Positions 35,547 through 44,744 of a stretch of DNA of 64,000 nucleotides are shown piece after piece. The stretch is from Candidatus Omnitrophota bacterium (GTDB taxonomy: Bacteria > Omnitrophota > Gorgyraeia > JACQQV01). Every line of letters starts with the position of its first letter. The first letter of the stretch is position 1. The stretch spans positions 9,176 through 73,175 of the forward strand of contig JACQQV010000012.1 in the NCBI GenBank assembly GCA_016206785.1, written 5' to 3'. Both the position numbers and the translations under genes were made by a program. The notes under the pieces are model-generated. The model did no database searches. It had not been told where the DNA came from and saw only the letters and a list, made by a program, of their open reading frames with translations.

Positions 35547-35806
35547 TAAAACCGGATCCCCACCTGCCTCAAGAATTTTCTGTCCTGTTCCGTCAGTTCA
35601 AAGCGGAGGGAGGGTTTGCGCTTTCCCTTGGGTGGGCCCTTTTTTCCGGTGCGGAAAAGAACCGGAACAAGAAAGAGCCTCATCTCAAACTCCCCCTTTT
35701 CAAGAAGGGCACGGAGCTCTTCAGACTCCTTGGAGTGCGTGATAATTTTTCGTAAGATGCTGCTGAGCCGCCGGATATAACGCTCGAATTCGCGATCAAA
35801 GTCCAT
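35546..35806 (-). CDS. hypothetical protein
   Basis: ATG 35806 with GGAGG RBS; C-terminal ELTEQDRKFLRQVGIRF; coupled to DUF2203. Confidence 0.65.
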   Translation of the reverse strand: MDFDREFERYIRRLSSILRKIITHSKESEELRALLEKGEFEMRLFLVPVLFRTGKKGPPKGKRKPSLRFELTEQDRKFLRQVGIRF

Positions 35807-35840
35807 AGGATTTCCTCCTTCACCTACCTTATCAAAAATC

Positions 35841-36887
35841 TTATAAACGGGCAACTGTTTGTCTGGCCCGTTCGAGGACTCGAAGCGCATCCCCCTTTTT
35901 GAGCGACTCTTCCGCGATGGACAAGGCCTCCTGCATCGAACTTCGCTTTCCACTTGCAACAATAAGAAATGCGGCGTTCAAAATAAACAGCTCTTCCCAA
36001 GAGGAGACCTTCCCTTCAAGGGTCTTCAGTGTTTCTCCCGTATTTTCCTCGAGGGAACGCTGGGCGAATGCTTCATCCTGAACTTCCGGAAGCCCATAGG
36101 CCCTCGGGTCTATGACGGATGTTTCGCATTGACCTTCCTTCACTTCGACAACCGTCGTCGGATGAGAAAGTGAAAGCTCCATGGTTCCCTCAATCCCTTT
36201 GACGACCCAACCCTTCGCATGAAGGAGTGCCAATGCACCACTCATGGAGGCAAGATACGGCGGATGCGTAATGCCGAGAACGGTCACAGGGGCATGCGTA
36301 GGATTCATCAGTTTATGTACAGCGCTTAAAGGGGATCGTACGCCCACCTCCGCTGGAAATTCAAGAAGGTTTGCTACCGCCGGGCTAAATTTTCGGCAAG
36401 AAAGATAACCGATTCCGGTCTTTTGAATAAAGGCTTCGACCTCCCCCGGTTCTAGATCAACCGGAATGCCCATCGCCTCCAAAACTTCTTCGGGAGAGCG
36501 TCCCCGCTTGGGTGGAACGTGGCGAGCCCCATGCAGCATGACGGATACACCGGCTCCTGCCGCAACAAACGCTGCACCCACGATCAGGATATTAGTCCGC
36601 ACCTTTCCGTCGTAGGGATAGCCAAGATCGACGAGATAAGGAACCTTTGAAGAAACCAGGTGGCTATGCTCCCGGACCGCCTGCGTAAAGCCGGCCAGCT
36701 CCTCCGGGCTTTCTCCTTTCATCCGCATGGCAGCAAAAAAGGCGCCTGTTTGCATCGGCGTCGTCTTTCCTTCGAGAATCCTTCCGAGCATGTCGTAGGC
36801 CTCTTGTTCCTCGAGATGCTTGGAAAGTTTCTGCCCGGTCGCAACCTTTTTAATCAGGTACTGAAGAGAGCCCTTTGGCCATGCCAT
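35841..36887 (-). CDS. anthranilate phosphoribosyltransferase-like protein (TrpD2/YbiB-like)
   Basis: GAFFAAMRMKGESPEELAGF, YDGKVR, GVRSPL, GITHPPY, KGIEG; lacks canonical GTGGDG; start moved to ATG 36887. Confidence 0.75.
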   Translation of the reverse strand: MAWPKGSLQYLIKKVATGQKLSKHLEEQEAYDMLGRILEGKTTPMQTGAFFAAMRMKGESPEELAGFTQAVREHSHLVSSKVPYLVDLGYPYDGKVRTNILIVGAAFVAAGAGVSVMLHGARHVPPKRGRSPEEVLEAMGIPVDLEPGEVEAFIQKTGIGYLSCRKFSPAVANLLEFPAEVGVRSPLSAVHKLMNPTHAPVTVLGITHPPYLASMSGALALLHAKGWVVKGIEGTMELSLSHPTTVVEVKEGQCETSVIDPRAYGLPEVQDEAFAQRSLEENTGETLKTLEGKVSSWEELFILNAAFLIVASGKRSSMQEALSIAEESLKKGDALRVLERARQTVARL

Positions 36888-37914
36888 ATTCTTTTTCCCA
36901 TGCCTCGAATTCAGGAGAAAAATATTTAATCCGAACCTTTTTATATTCCTTGGTGCTGTATAGTACTTTGTAATCAGAGACACCGATTTTCTCGGAAATC
37001 GCCTGCACCACCCGGTCACATTCCTCGACGGTACGGGAGTGAACCATCGTAAAAAGAGAATAGGGCCAATCGGGATAGGTCGGCCGCTCATAACAGTGAC
37101 TGACCTGCGGAAAGGCGGACGCCTTCATCCCGACCTCCTTGATCCGCGACGGCTCCACCTTCCAAACCCCCATGCCATTCGCGATAAACCCGGCGTTTCG
37201 ATGATAAAGGACCGCGGCATACCGACGGAGAATTCCTTTTTCCTTAAAGCGCCCCGCTACTTGAATCAATCCCTCTTCGGAAAGTTTAAGTCGCTCGGCA
37301 CTCTCCATAAAAGGCCGTTCGGTAAGAGCAAGGTCGGTTTGGAGTTCGCAAATTGCCGCGACATCCAACTCGGTTAAGGAGATGGGCTGAGGTGCGCATC
37401 CATCTGGGAAAATCGTTTTCCCGTCTTCCCGCGTCTCTTCTTGCGGCGGCTTTTCCTCCTCCATCTCCAGTTTCACGCCGATTTTAAAAAGTTTAAGCGT
37501 TGGAAGAGGCCGCGCCGACTCTCCTTCTGAAAGTTCCCGAAGTCTTTCCACCGTCGCCTCCAGGGAACGTCCCGGCGGAAGCGCAATCGTATACCAAAGA
37601 TTGAATGCATGATTCCGTGCATAATTGTGGCTTATCCCGGGGTGCTTATTGACCATTTTTGCCGCCTGGTCCAGACGGGAAGGCTCAACTTTCATCGCCA
37701 CAAGACTCGTCTGATACCCGAGCCTCCGGGTGTCAAAGATCGCACTGATATTCCGGATGATGCTCGATTGTTTCAGTGCGCGAATACGCGTTAAAACCTC
37801 CTCGCCTGAAATCCCGAGCTTTTCTCCCAACGCATGGTAAGGCTGCGCCGTGAGAGGAAACTGGTTCTGAACGAGATTCAAAAGTTTTTTATCGACCCCG
37901 TCCAGCATTTGCAT
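36850..37914 (-). CDS. siroheme decarboxylase, fused AhbA/AhbB (NirDL/GH-like)
   Basis: two AsnC-like halves; ISHNYARNHAFNLWYT and VSHCYERPTYPDWPYSLFTMVH. Confidence 0.88.
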   Translation of the reverse strand: MQMLDGVDKKLLNLVQNQFPLTAQPYHALGEKLGISGEEVLTRIRALKQSSIIRNISAIFDTRRLGYQTSLVAMKVEPSRLDQAAKMVNKHPGISHNYARNHAFNLWYTIALPPGRSLEATVERLRELSEGESARPLPTLKLFKIGVKLEMEEEKPPQEETREDGKTIFPDGCAPQPISLTELDVAAICELQTDLALTERPFMESAERLKLSEEGLIQVAGRFKEKGILRRYAAVLYHRNAGFIANGMGVWKVEPSRIKEVGMKASAFPQVSHCYERPTYPDWPYSLFTMVHSRTVEECDRVVQAISEKIGVSDYKVLYSTKEYKKVRIKYFSPEFEAWEKEYGMAKGLSSVPD

Positions 37915-37921
37915 AGTCACT

Positions 37922-38227
37922 TTAGGAAGAGACCCTTCTTTTAAGAAGCGTTTCGATTTTTTGAATCCGTCGGCGCAGAATCCCCTTCCGTCCCTTTGGA
38001 TCATCGACCTTGATGGTCGTCACGACGCGGGCCGATGCTCTGAGGAGAAGACGATGGCAGCGCTCAATGAGCGCAAAAATTTCTTTCCATTCCCCTTCCA
38101 CGATCGTCCCCATCTCCGTCACTTTGTAAGGAAGGCCGCTTTGATCCACAAGGTCAATGGCCTTGGCCACCTGCTTGGAAATGCTTACTCCCTTCCCGAT
38201 AGGGAGAACGCTAAATTCGACAATCAC
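37922..38227 (-). CDS. MTH1187/thiamine-binding family protein
   Basis: EFSVLPIG..SISKQVA..SGLPYKVTEMGTIVEGEW. Confidence 0.88.
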   Translation of the reverse strand: MIVEFSVLPIGKGVSISKQVAKAIDLVDQSGLPYKVTEMGTIVEGEWKEIFALIERCHRLLLRASARVVTTIKVDDPKGRKGILRRRIQKIETLLKRRVSS

Positions 38228-39414
38228 GAGAATTCTCCTTTTAAAAATTTACCCATTAAGGTGAACCCTTCAGAAACCCAAAGTTTGGAGTGGGATGCCT
38301 CTTCTTCGGTATATGTTTTAAAACCATTTCCCTTCACCCCAGTTCCAAAAAGGGTAAAGGGAACAGGATCGTGGGTGTGGGTCCGGATTACTGTTGAAGT
38401 CATATGATCTGGTAAAAGTAAAAGTCGAAACTCCTTCATTTTTAAAAGACCTTCAAGAAGCGTCCCAACCAGGAGGTTATCGAAATCTTCAATCGCTTCC
38501 ACTTTAAGTTTCACATCCCCCATATGCCCTGCTTCATCAGTGGACTCTACATGAATAAAAAGAAAATCTTTTTTCTTGAGTGCTTCCAGGCCATACTGGG
38601 CTTTTGCCTTATAGTCCGTATCAAAATAACCGGTCGCCCCGGGGACCTGAATCACTTCAAGCCCCACACTTCGTCCCACCCCACGGACGAGATCGACTGC
38701 GCTAATGACCGAACCATCCAATCCGTACTGAGAGTTAAAACTGGGAAGGACCGGCCGGGTTCCCTGCCCCCAAAGCCAGATACTCGTCGCTGGATCTTTT
38801 CCCTCTTTTTTCCTTTTTTGATTTACCGGATGGTCAGAAAGAATTTTCTGAGATTCCTCCATGAGCTCTCGGAGTTCTTTTTCCCCTTCTCCCTTCGGGA
38901 AATAGGGCTCCACCTCTTTGCCAGCGATGTCATGAGGGGGAGTACATTTCACCTTTCCATAACGGCGCGACACAAGGAGGTGACGGTATTGGACTCCGGC
39001 ATAAAACTGAAACCCGTCTCCGCCCAACTTTTCCTGAAGCGTTGCGATAATTGCCTTCGCTTCTTCACTTGAGATATGCCCGGCGCTATAATCCTTCATT
39101 TTCCCTTTTTCAAGGGTGATGAGATTACAGCGGAAGACGACTTCCTCTTTTGAAAGGGAAATGCCGAGACTTGCCGCTTCAAGAGGGGCGCGACCGGTGT
39201 AATAGCGACGGGGATCATACCCCAAAAGGCTCATGCAGGCCACATCACTCCCCGACGGAAGTTCCTTTGGAACCGTCTGAACTTGTCCCAAGAGTCCCTT
39301 TTGGACGATCGTATCAAGGTTCTGCCTCTTGGCCGCCTCGAGGGGCGTTTTGTTTCCTAATTCGGGGATTGGTTTATCGGCGACACCGTCCGGAACGACA
39401 AGAATATATTTCAC
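38224..39414 (-). CDS. apgM: cofactor-independent phosphoglycerate mutase (archaeal-type)
   Basis: DGVADKP..KTPLEAA, GSDVAC, YTGRAPLEA, ISAVDL, HVESTDEAGH, PDH. Confidence 0.9.
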   Translation of the reverse strand: MKYILVVPDGVADKPIPELGNKTPLEAAKRQNLDTIVQKGLLGQVQTVPKELPSGSDVACMSLLGYDPRRYYTGRAPLEAASLGISLSKEEVVFRCNLITLEKGKMKDYSAGHISSEEAKAIIATLQEKLGGDGFQFYAGVQYRHLLVSRRYGKVKCTPPHDIAGKEVEPYFPKGEGEKELRELMEESQKILSDHPVNQKRKKEGKDPATSIWLWGQGTRPVLPSFNSQYGLDGSVISAVDLVRGVGRSVGLEVIQVPGATGYFDTDYKAKAQYGLEALKKKDFLFIHVESTDEAGHMGDVKLKVEAIEDFDNLLVGTLLEGLLKMKEFRLLLLPDHMTSTVIRTHTHDPVPFTLFGTGVKGNGFKTYTEEEASHSKLWVSEGFTLMGKFLKGEFS

Positions 39415-39650
39415 ACCGTGACCAGTTCCTTGACTTCTGGAATCTCTTCTTTCAAGGCCTGTTCAATCCCCATCCGAAGTGTCATGGTGGAACTGGGGCA
39501 GCCGCTGCAGGAACCGACAAGGTGAAGAGTCACGACCCCCTCCGGACTCACATCCACGAGTTCGCAATCCCCACCGTCTCCTTGAAGCGCAGGTCGAATC
39601 TTATCGAGGCATGCCTGAACTTTGTTTCGAAGATCGCTGTTTTCTGTCAT
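39411..39650 (-). CDS. NifU C-terminal domain (Nfu) Fe-S carrier
   Basis: IRPALQGDGGD..LVGSCSGCPSSTMTL. Confidence 0.92.
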   Translation of the reverse strand: MTENSDLRNKVQACLDKIRPALQGDGGDCELVDVSPEGVVTLHLVGSCSGCPSSTMTLRMGIEQALKEEIPEVKELVTV

Positions 39651-39651
39651 C

Positions 39652-40722
39652 TTATTCTCCTTTTCTCTGCATACTATACACGCTTAATTTCGCGGCGACC
39701 TCTCCCGCAATCTCTTGAAATGCAAGAGCCACCTCGGATTTTGGCGCGCGGATTACAATCGGTCTCCCGGAATCTCCCCCTTCCCGGATTTCCGGCACAA
39801 GAGGGATCTGTCCCAATAATGGAATATTAAACTCCTTCGCCAATTTCTCCCCGCCCCCTTCTCCAAAAATCGGGGTGCCCTTTTCGCAATGGGGGCAGAT
39901 GAAGTTGGACATATTTTCGACAACACCGAGGATGTAGCAATTCACTTTCTGAAACATAAAGATCGCCTTTTCGACATCCAAGAGCGCCACATCTTGGGGA
40001 GTCGTGACCAAAACCACGCAGGTGAGCGGCAAACTCTGCGACAAAGAAAGCTGCACATCTCCTGTCCCCGGCGGAAGATCGACGACGAGGTAATCGAGCT
40101 CCCCCCATGCCACATCCCCCAAAAACTGCTGAAGCGCTTTGTGAAGCATGGGGCCCCGCCAGATGACCGCCTGACCCGGCTCCATGAAAAAAGCGATGGA
40201 CATGAGTTTCAATCCATACTTCTCCGGCGGAACAATCTTTTCGTTCTGAAGTGTCTTTGGAAAATCAGAAATCCCCATCATGAGGGGAACGTTTGGCCCG
40301 TAAAGATCGGCATCCAGAAGCCCCACCTTTGCCCCGCTTTGGGCGAGCGCAATCGCCAAGTTCACACTCACCGTCGATTTTCCGACACCCCCTTTGCCAC
40401 TCGCGACCGCGATCACATTTTTAACTCCCGGGACAAAGCTTTTTTCAAGTTCCGGACTCCCCCGCCGGACATTCGCTCCGAAGGTGAGGGTCACCGCTTC
40501 GAAACCAGGAAGAGTGGAAAGTTCCTTTTTGATCTCGGACTCAATGGCGCTTTTCAAAGGGCAAGCGGGGGTTGTGAGTTCCACCAGAAAGGAAATTTTC
40601 CCTCCATCGATGGCAAGATTTTTGATCATCCCCAAAGAGACAAGGTCCCGATTGAGCTCCGGGTCATTCACGCGCCGGAGCCTTTCCAAAACCTCCTCTT
40701 CTCGAATGGCTACTTTGGTCAT
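39652..40722 (-). CDS. mrp: Mrp/ApbC Fe-S cluster carrier ATPase
   Basis: DPEL..TTPACP, ASGKGGVGKST, WRGPM, DLPPGTGD, ENMS..CPHC. Confidence 0.94.
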   Translation of the reverse strand: MTKVAIREEEVLERLRRVNDPELNRDLVSLGMIKNLAIDGGKISFLVELTTPACPLKSAIESEIKKELSTLPGFEAVTLTFGANVRRGSPELEKSFVPGVKNVIAVASGKGGVGKSTVSVNLAIALAQSGAKVGLLDADLYGPNVPLMMGISDFPKTLQNEKIVPPEKYGLKLMSIAFFMEPGQAVIWRGPMLHKALQQFLGDVAWGELDYLVVDLPPGTGDVQLSLSQSLPLTCVVLVTTPQDVALLDVEKAIFMFQKVNCYILGVVENMSNFICPHCEKGTPIFGEGGGEKLAKEFNIPLLGQIPLVPEIREGGDSGRPIVIRAPKSEVALAFQEIAGEVAAKLSVYSMQRKGE

Positions 40723-40728
40723 ACTTAG

Positions 40729-40757
40729 AGATTACCATACCAGACCATTTCTGTCAA
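40729..40757 (-). promoter_or_regulatory. sigma70 promoter of mrp operon (possibly leaderless)
   Basis: TTGACA-17 nt-TAATCT with TG extension; only 6 nt to ATG. Confidence 0.6.
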
Positions 40758-40795
40758 CCTATATACATAACTCATTATAGAAAAAAGTGTTACGG

Positions 40796-42145
40796 TTAAT
40801 AGGAAGGGGCGAAGGGGAGGTTGACGGAGACCAGCCGGTCGAAGAGAGAGCCCCGCTTGCTTCCGCGGCCCAGTTCCATGTCAGAGACAAGGACCCGGAA
40901 CGTCTTCACCCCTTTTTCCCTGAGGAGGGTCTTGCGGCGGTAGCCGGCGGTTGAATGAAGGACATACTGGCGGTTATCCCGTTTTCCGAGATAGAGCATG
41001 AGGTGGTTATCGAGTTTCACAAAAGTCGTTGCCGGAATCGCTTGATTAAGCGCTTGTTGTTTCCCCTCTTTTTTTGCATCTTTTGAAAAGGTGGCAAGGA
41101 TTTTCCCGATCCTGGACTGGGGCCCTGAATTCCTGGGAAGTTCCACGCCCATCGTGGCAAAGACGTCTCGTAAAAAACTAGAACAGTCCCACCCCCCTTG
41201 GAGTCCTCCCCATCCGTAAGGGGCGCCGTGAAGTTTGAAGGCCTGCGTCAAAATCTGGCGCGACGTTAAGGGAAGAAAATCGGTCTGGACAGTCTTCTTC
41301 CGGAGAAAGGCGTGGGTCAAAAGAACTCTGCCGTCCGGTCTTCGCTCGGGGCGGTGAATCAGAAAGAAATCCCCGTCCTCCAGAAGGAGATCGGTATGCA
41401 ACACCGTTCCCATTTTCCAAGAGGTCACCGGCTCTCCGTCGCGGTTTTCAAATACCGGGACCTCCCGCTCGGTCACGACAATTTTTGGAAAGGAAAGATG
41501 CTTGAAAAGGGCCTCTTTGTTTTCGAAAAAGGCGACCGATTCCTTCTTCGCCCACCCTCGAAGAAGTTTTGAGGCGAGATAAAGCCATTTTCCATCCTGG
41601 CTCTCCCACAAAAGTGCAACCGGCGTCCCTGGAGAGAGAGTGGTCTGCTGAAGAAGATCGAAGGCAACGTCTCCCCGCTTTTCCACAACCGGTTCTGTTG
41701 TCGGAAACGTGCGTACAGAACATTCCTCAATGATGAGACCAAACCGAACCGGGAGAAGATCGGGGAGATTTCGAAGCGCGCACAAGGACTTTAGATTATT
41801 CAAAAAAGGTTTCCGTACAAGATGCCCACGATGGTCATATAATTTCTTTTGTAATAAAGCGGCCTCTTCCTTCTCAAGGGCTGCGAGGAGAAAAGAGGTG
41901 CCTACCCTTTCTTCAAGAGCCAGGGGATCCACCGCTGTTGGCTCTGCGCGAAGAAATTTTTGATTAAGGGTTTCGATCTGGCGGAGACTTAAAATGACCC
42001 TATCGGCCTCAGAAAGTTGTGTGACCCAATAGTCTGCATGTTCCATCTCCGGCAGAACGTGTGGAATTTTCTGAGCGGCATGGACACACGTCGGAAGAGC
42101 GCAAAAAAAGCAAAGACTCAAGAGGAGAGTGATTTTCTTTCTCAT
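40796..42145 (-). CDS. secreted SH3-containing NlpC/P60 cell-wall peptidase
   Basis: signal peptide; PYGWGG..DCSSF..LPRNS..HLMLYLG..LHS. Confidence 0.85.
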   Translation of the reverse strand: MRKKITLLLSLCFFCALPTCVHAAQKIPHVLPEMEHADYWVTQLSEADRVILSLRQIETLNQKFLRAEPTAVDPLALEERVGTSFLLAALEKEEAALLQKKLYDHRGHLVRKPFLNNLKSLCALRNLPDLLPVRFGLIIEECSVRTFPTTEPVVEKRGDVAFDLLQQTTLSPGTPVALLWESQDGKWLYLASKLLRGWAKKESVAFFENKEALFKHLSFPKIVVTEREVPVFENRDGEPVTSWKMGTVLHTDLLLEDGDFFLIHRPERRPDGRVLLTHAFLRKKTVQTDFLPLTSRQILTQAFKLHGAPYGWGGLQGGWDCSSFLRDVFATMGVELPRNSGPQSRIGKILATFSKDAKKEGKQQALNQAIPATTFVKLDNHLMLYLGKRDNRQYVLHSTAGYRRKTLLREKGVKTFRVLVSDMELGRGSKRGSLFDRLVSVNLPFAPSY

Positions 42146-42177
42146 GAGGATCGTTTTATTATATCATGGGAATAAGA

Positions 42178-43271
42178 TGCGAGAGATTTTTAAGTATATT
42201 CCGATCCCCTTTTGGTGTTACGTCCTTCCGATGATAGGGCGCACCTTTGGCCTCCTCCCCGACGAGACCGTCTTCTATGAAAAAGGGGTTGCGCTTCTTC
42301 TCCCCGGCGCCCTGATCCTTCTTCTCCTCTCCACACAACTCACCTCCCTATTCAAGATAGGGAACTTGTCTCTTTTGACGATGATCGTCGGTTCCTTAGG
42401 GATTGTCGTCGGTGGTCCACTCAGTCTCCGCTGCTTTCGTTTCCTCTTACCAGAAGATGCCTGGATGGGGTTTGGCACATTGGCAGGAAGTTGGATCGGG
42501 GGAAGTATCAATATGGCGGCTTTGAAGGAAGCGATCGGAACGCCGAGTCATCTCTTTTCTCCGATGGTCTTTGTCGATTCCATGATCGCCTACGGCTGGA
42601 TGGCGTTCCTTCTTTCACTGGCACCCTATCAAACGGCCTTTGACCGCTGGAATCGCTCGAAACGCAGTTTCCTGGATGAAACGGATGAAAAACTTAAAAT
42701 GCTTTCTCCAAAAAAAGAGGGTGTTTCCCTTAAAACGCCGGGGCATCTCCTCGTTCTTTTCGGAGTGGCTGCGGCGGGAACGCTCCTTACTTTTTCTCTT
42801 TCAAAACTCATCCCACCGATGGGAACATTTTTAACCCAAAAGACGATTTTTGTCCTTCTGGCAACGGCTCTTGCGATGGGTCTTTCCTTCACTCCGCTTT
42901 CCCGTCTGGAAGAATGGGGAGCGAGTCGACTCGGGACTCTTTTTCTTTACCTCATGCTCATCGCGATGGGCTCGCAGGCCGATTTAAAAGGGCTTGCCCA
43001 CTTTCCGATCTTTGTCCTCGTCGGTTTAGTGTGGGTCATGATTCACGGCGTGATTCTTTTTGCTTTTGGGAAGGTGTTTAGGATTCCTCTTTTTTTCCTG
43101 GCGACGGCGAGTCAGGCGAATATCGGCGGGGTTGTCTCAGCGCCGATCGTCGCCGCCTGTTATGAGAAACGCCTTGCGCCCCTCGGCCTTCTCCTTGCCA
43201 TCTTCGGAAACCTCACCGGGACCTTCCTCGGCCTCCTTTCGGCCCACCTCATGCGGCTTGTAACAAGCTAA
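42178..43271 (+). CDS. DUF819 family membrane protein
   Basis: AGSWIGGSINM, ASQANIGG..SAP; about 10 TMs; start moved to ATG 42178. Confidence 0.82.
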
Positions 43272-43338
43272 CACGAGTAAGCGGGTGGCGACTGGTTGTG
43301 GTGAGACGCATGTCGTGAGTAGCACAAGCGGCACAAGC

Positions 43339-43414
43339 GGGACTAAGTCCCTTTTCGCCTTAGAAGGTGTACCGAAGGAACAGGTCTAACCGTCTTTGGG
43401 ACTTAGTCCCTTTT
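43339..43414. repeat. paired GGGACTWAGTCCC palindromes (REP-like) between convergent genes
   Basis: gggactaagtccctttt (43339-43355) and gggacttagtccctttt (43398-43414). Confidence 0.65.
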
Positions 43415-43430
43415 GGGCACCCGCCTGCCG

Positions 43431-44744
43431 TTACTTTGCCATCCGTGAGGAGATCGCGTAGAGAGGAAAACCGAGGGCGACGATGGCGAGGCCGAAAAGG
43501 GATTGTTTCGGCTCTGTGAGGCAGGCGTTCAGAATAAACAATAAAGTTGTCAAGATAAAAAGGAGGGGAATGACCGGATACCCCCACACCTTGTAACGCC
43601 TCTTCCGATCCGGATACTTTTTTCTTAAAAGAATGACGGAATACCCCGCCATGCCGAAGAAAACCGAGATCGCCACCGTCGTGTAGGTGAGAATCTCTTC
43701 AAAACTTTTCGTCAGGATGAGTAAGATCGCGATGGCGGCATTAAACCAAAGAGCGATATTCGGCGTATGAAAATCGGGGTGAAGTTTTGCCAACCTTCCA
43801 AAGAGCGGATGATCTTCACCCAATGCATAAAGGATCCTTGCCCCGGTTAAAATATACCCATTGAGTGCCCCAAAAGCGGAAAAGGCGACCATCAGAGAAA
43901 CCAAATTCCCCCCGAATCCTCCCACCATTTTTTGAACGGCCGTGGCCGCTACGAGTTTATCAGAGGCCATTTCCCCGATAGGAATGTAGTACAAATAAAC
44001 GCCATTCACGAGAAGATAAAGACCCATCGTCAGGAGAACTCCAAAGACGATCGCGCGGGGAAGATTTCTCTCGGGGTCCTTCACCTCTTCTGCCACATAG
44101 GAGGCCTCGGTCCACCCCCCATACGTCCATAACACAAAGATGAGTGCTACCCCCAAAGATTGAATCGTCTCTAAAGAGAAAGTCTCCGGGAAAAAGGGGT
44201 GCCAAGAGGAAGGGACGACGGGAGCGCGAAGGATTCCAAAAAGGATGATCCCGAGAATCGCCCCCACCTTTAAAAGCGTAAAGCAGTTCTGCACATACTT
44301 CCCGAAACGGACCCCGATGATATTGGCGACCGTTAAAAGGAGAATGGCAAGGGAGGCGATTCCTTTTAAGGTCTCTTCTCCATAATGAAAAATGAACCGG
44401 AGATATTCCGCAAAGACAAAGGCAAGGATGGCAATCGTCCCGGTCCGTTCGATAAAAAGTTTTGTCCACCCAAAAAGAAAACCAGTAAGACGACCGTACG
44501 CCTCTCCCAGATAGATGTAATCACCCCCTGTTTTGGGAAAGGAGGAGGCGAGTTCTGCATAGCAAAGAGCGCCGCAGAGGGAGAAAAGTCCCCCAAAGAG
44601 CCAGATGAGAAGGATGAGAAAAGGTTCATGAACAGAGGTGGAGATCGTGGCGGGGGTACGGAAAATGCCGGCTCCGATAATGCACCCGACGACGAGGAGA
44701 GAGGCATCGAGTAGATTCAGTTCTTGGAGAAATCCCTTTTTCAA
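43431..44744 (-). CDS. APC family amino acid permease
   Basis: IIGAGIF, ALCYAEL..P.TGGDY, YGGW..AEEVKDPERNLP. Confidence 0.92.
   Translation of the reverse strand: MKKGFLQELNLLDASLLVVGCIIGAGIFRTPATISTSVHEPFLILLIWLFGGLFSLCGALCYAELASSFPKTGGDYIYLGEAYGRLTGFLFGWTKLFIERTGTIAILAFVFAEYLRFIFHYGEETLKGIASLAILLLTVANIIGVRFGKYVQNCFTLLKVGAILGIILFGILRAPVVPSSWHPFFPETFSLETIQSLGVALIFVLWTYGGWTEASYVAEEVKDPERNLPRAIVFGVLLTMGLYLLVNGVYLYYIPIGEMASDKLVAATAVQKMVGGFGGNLVSLMVAFSAFGALNGYILTGARILYALGEDHPLFGRLAKLHPDFHTPNIALWFNAAIAILLILTKSFEEILTYTTVAISVFFGMAGYSVILLRKKYPDRKRRYKVWGYPVIPLLFILTTLLFILNACLTEPKQSLFGLAIVALGFPLYAISSRMAK

Noticed and set aside
35841-36887. Calling this gene trpD
   Set aside because: The PRPP-binding GTGGDG motif is replaced by YPYDGK and no trp genes are nearby
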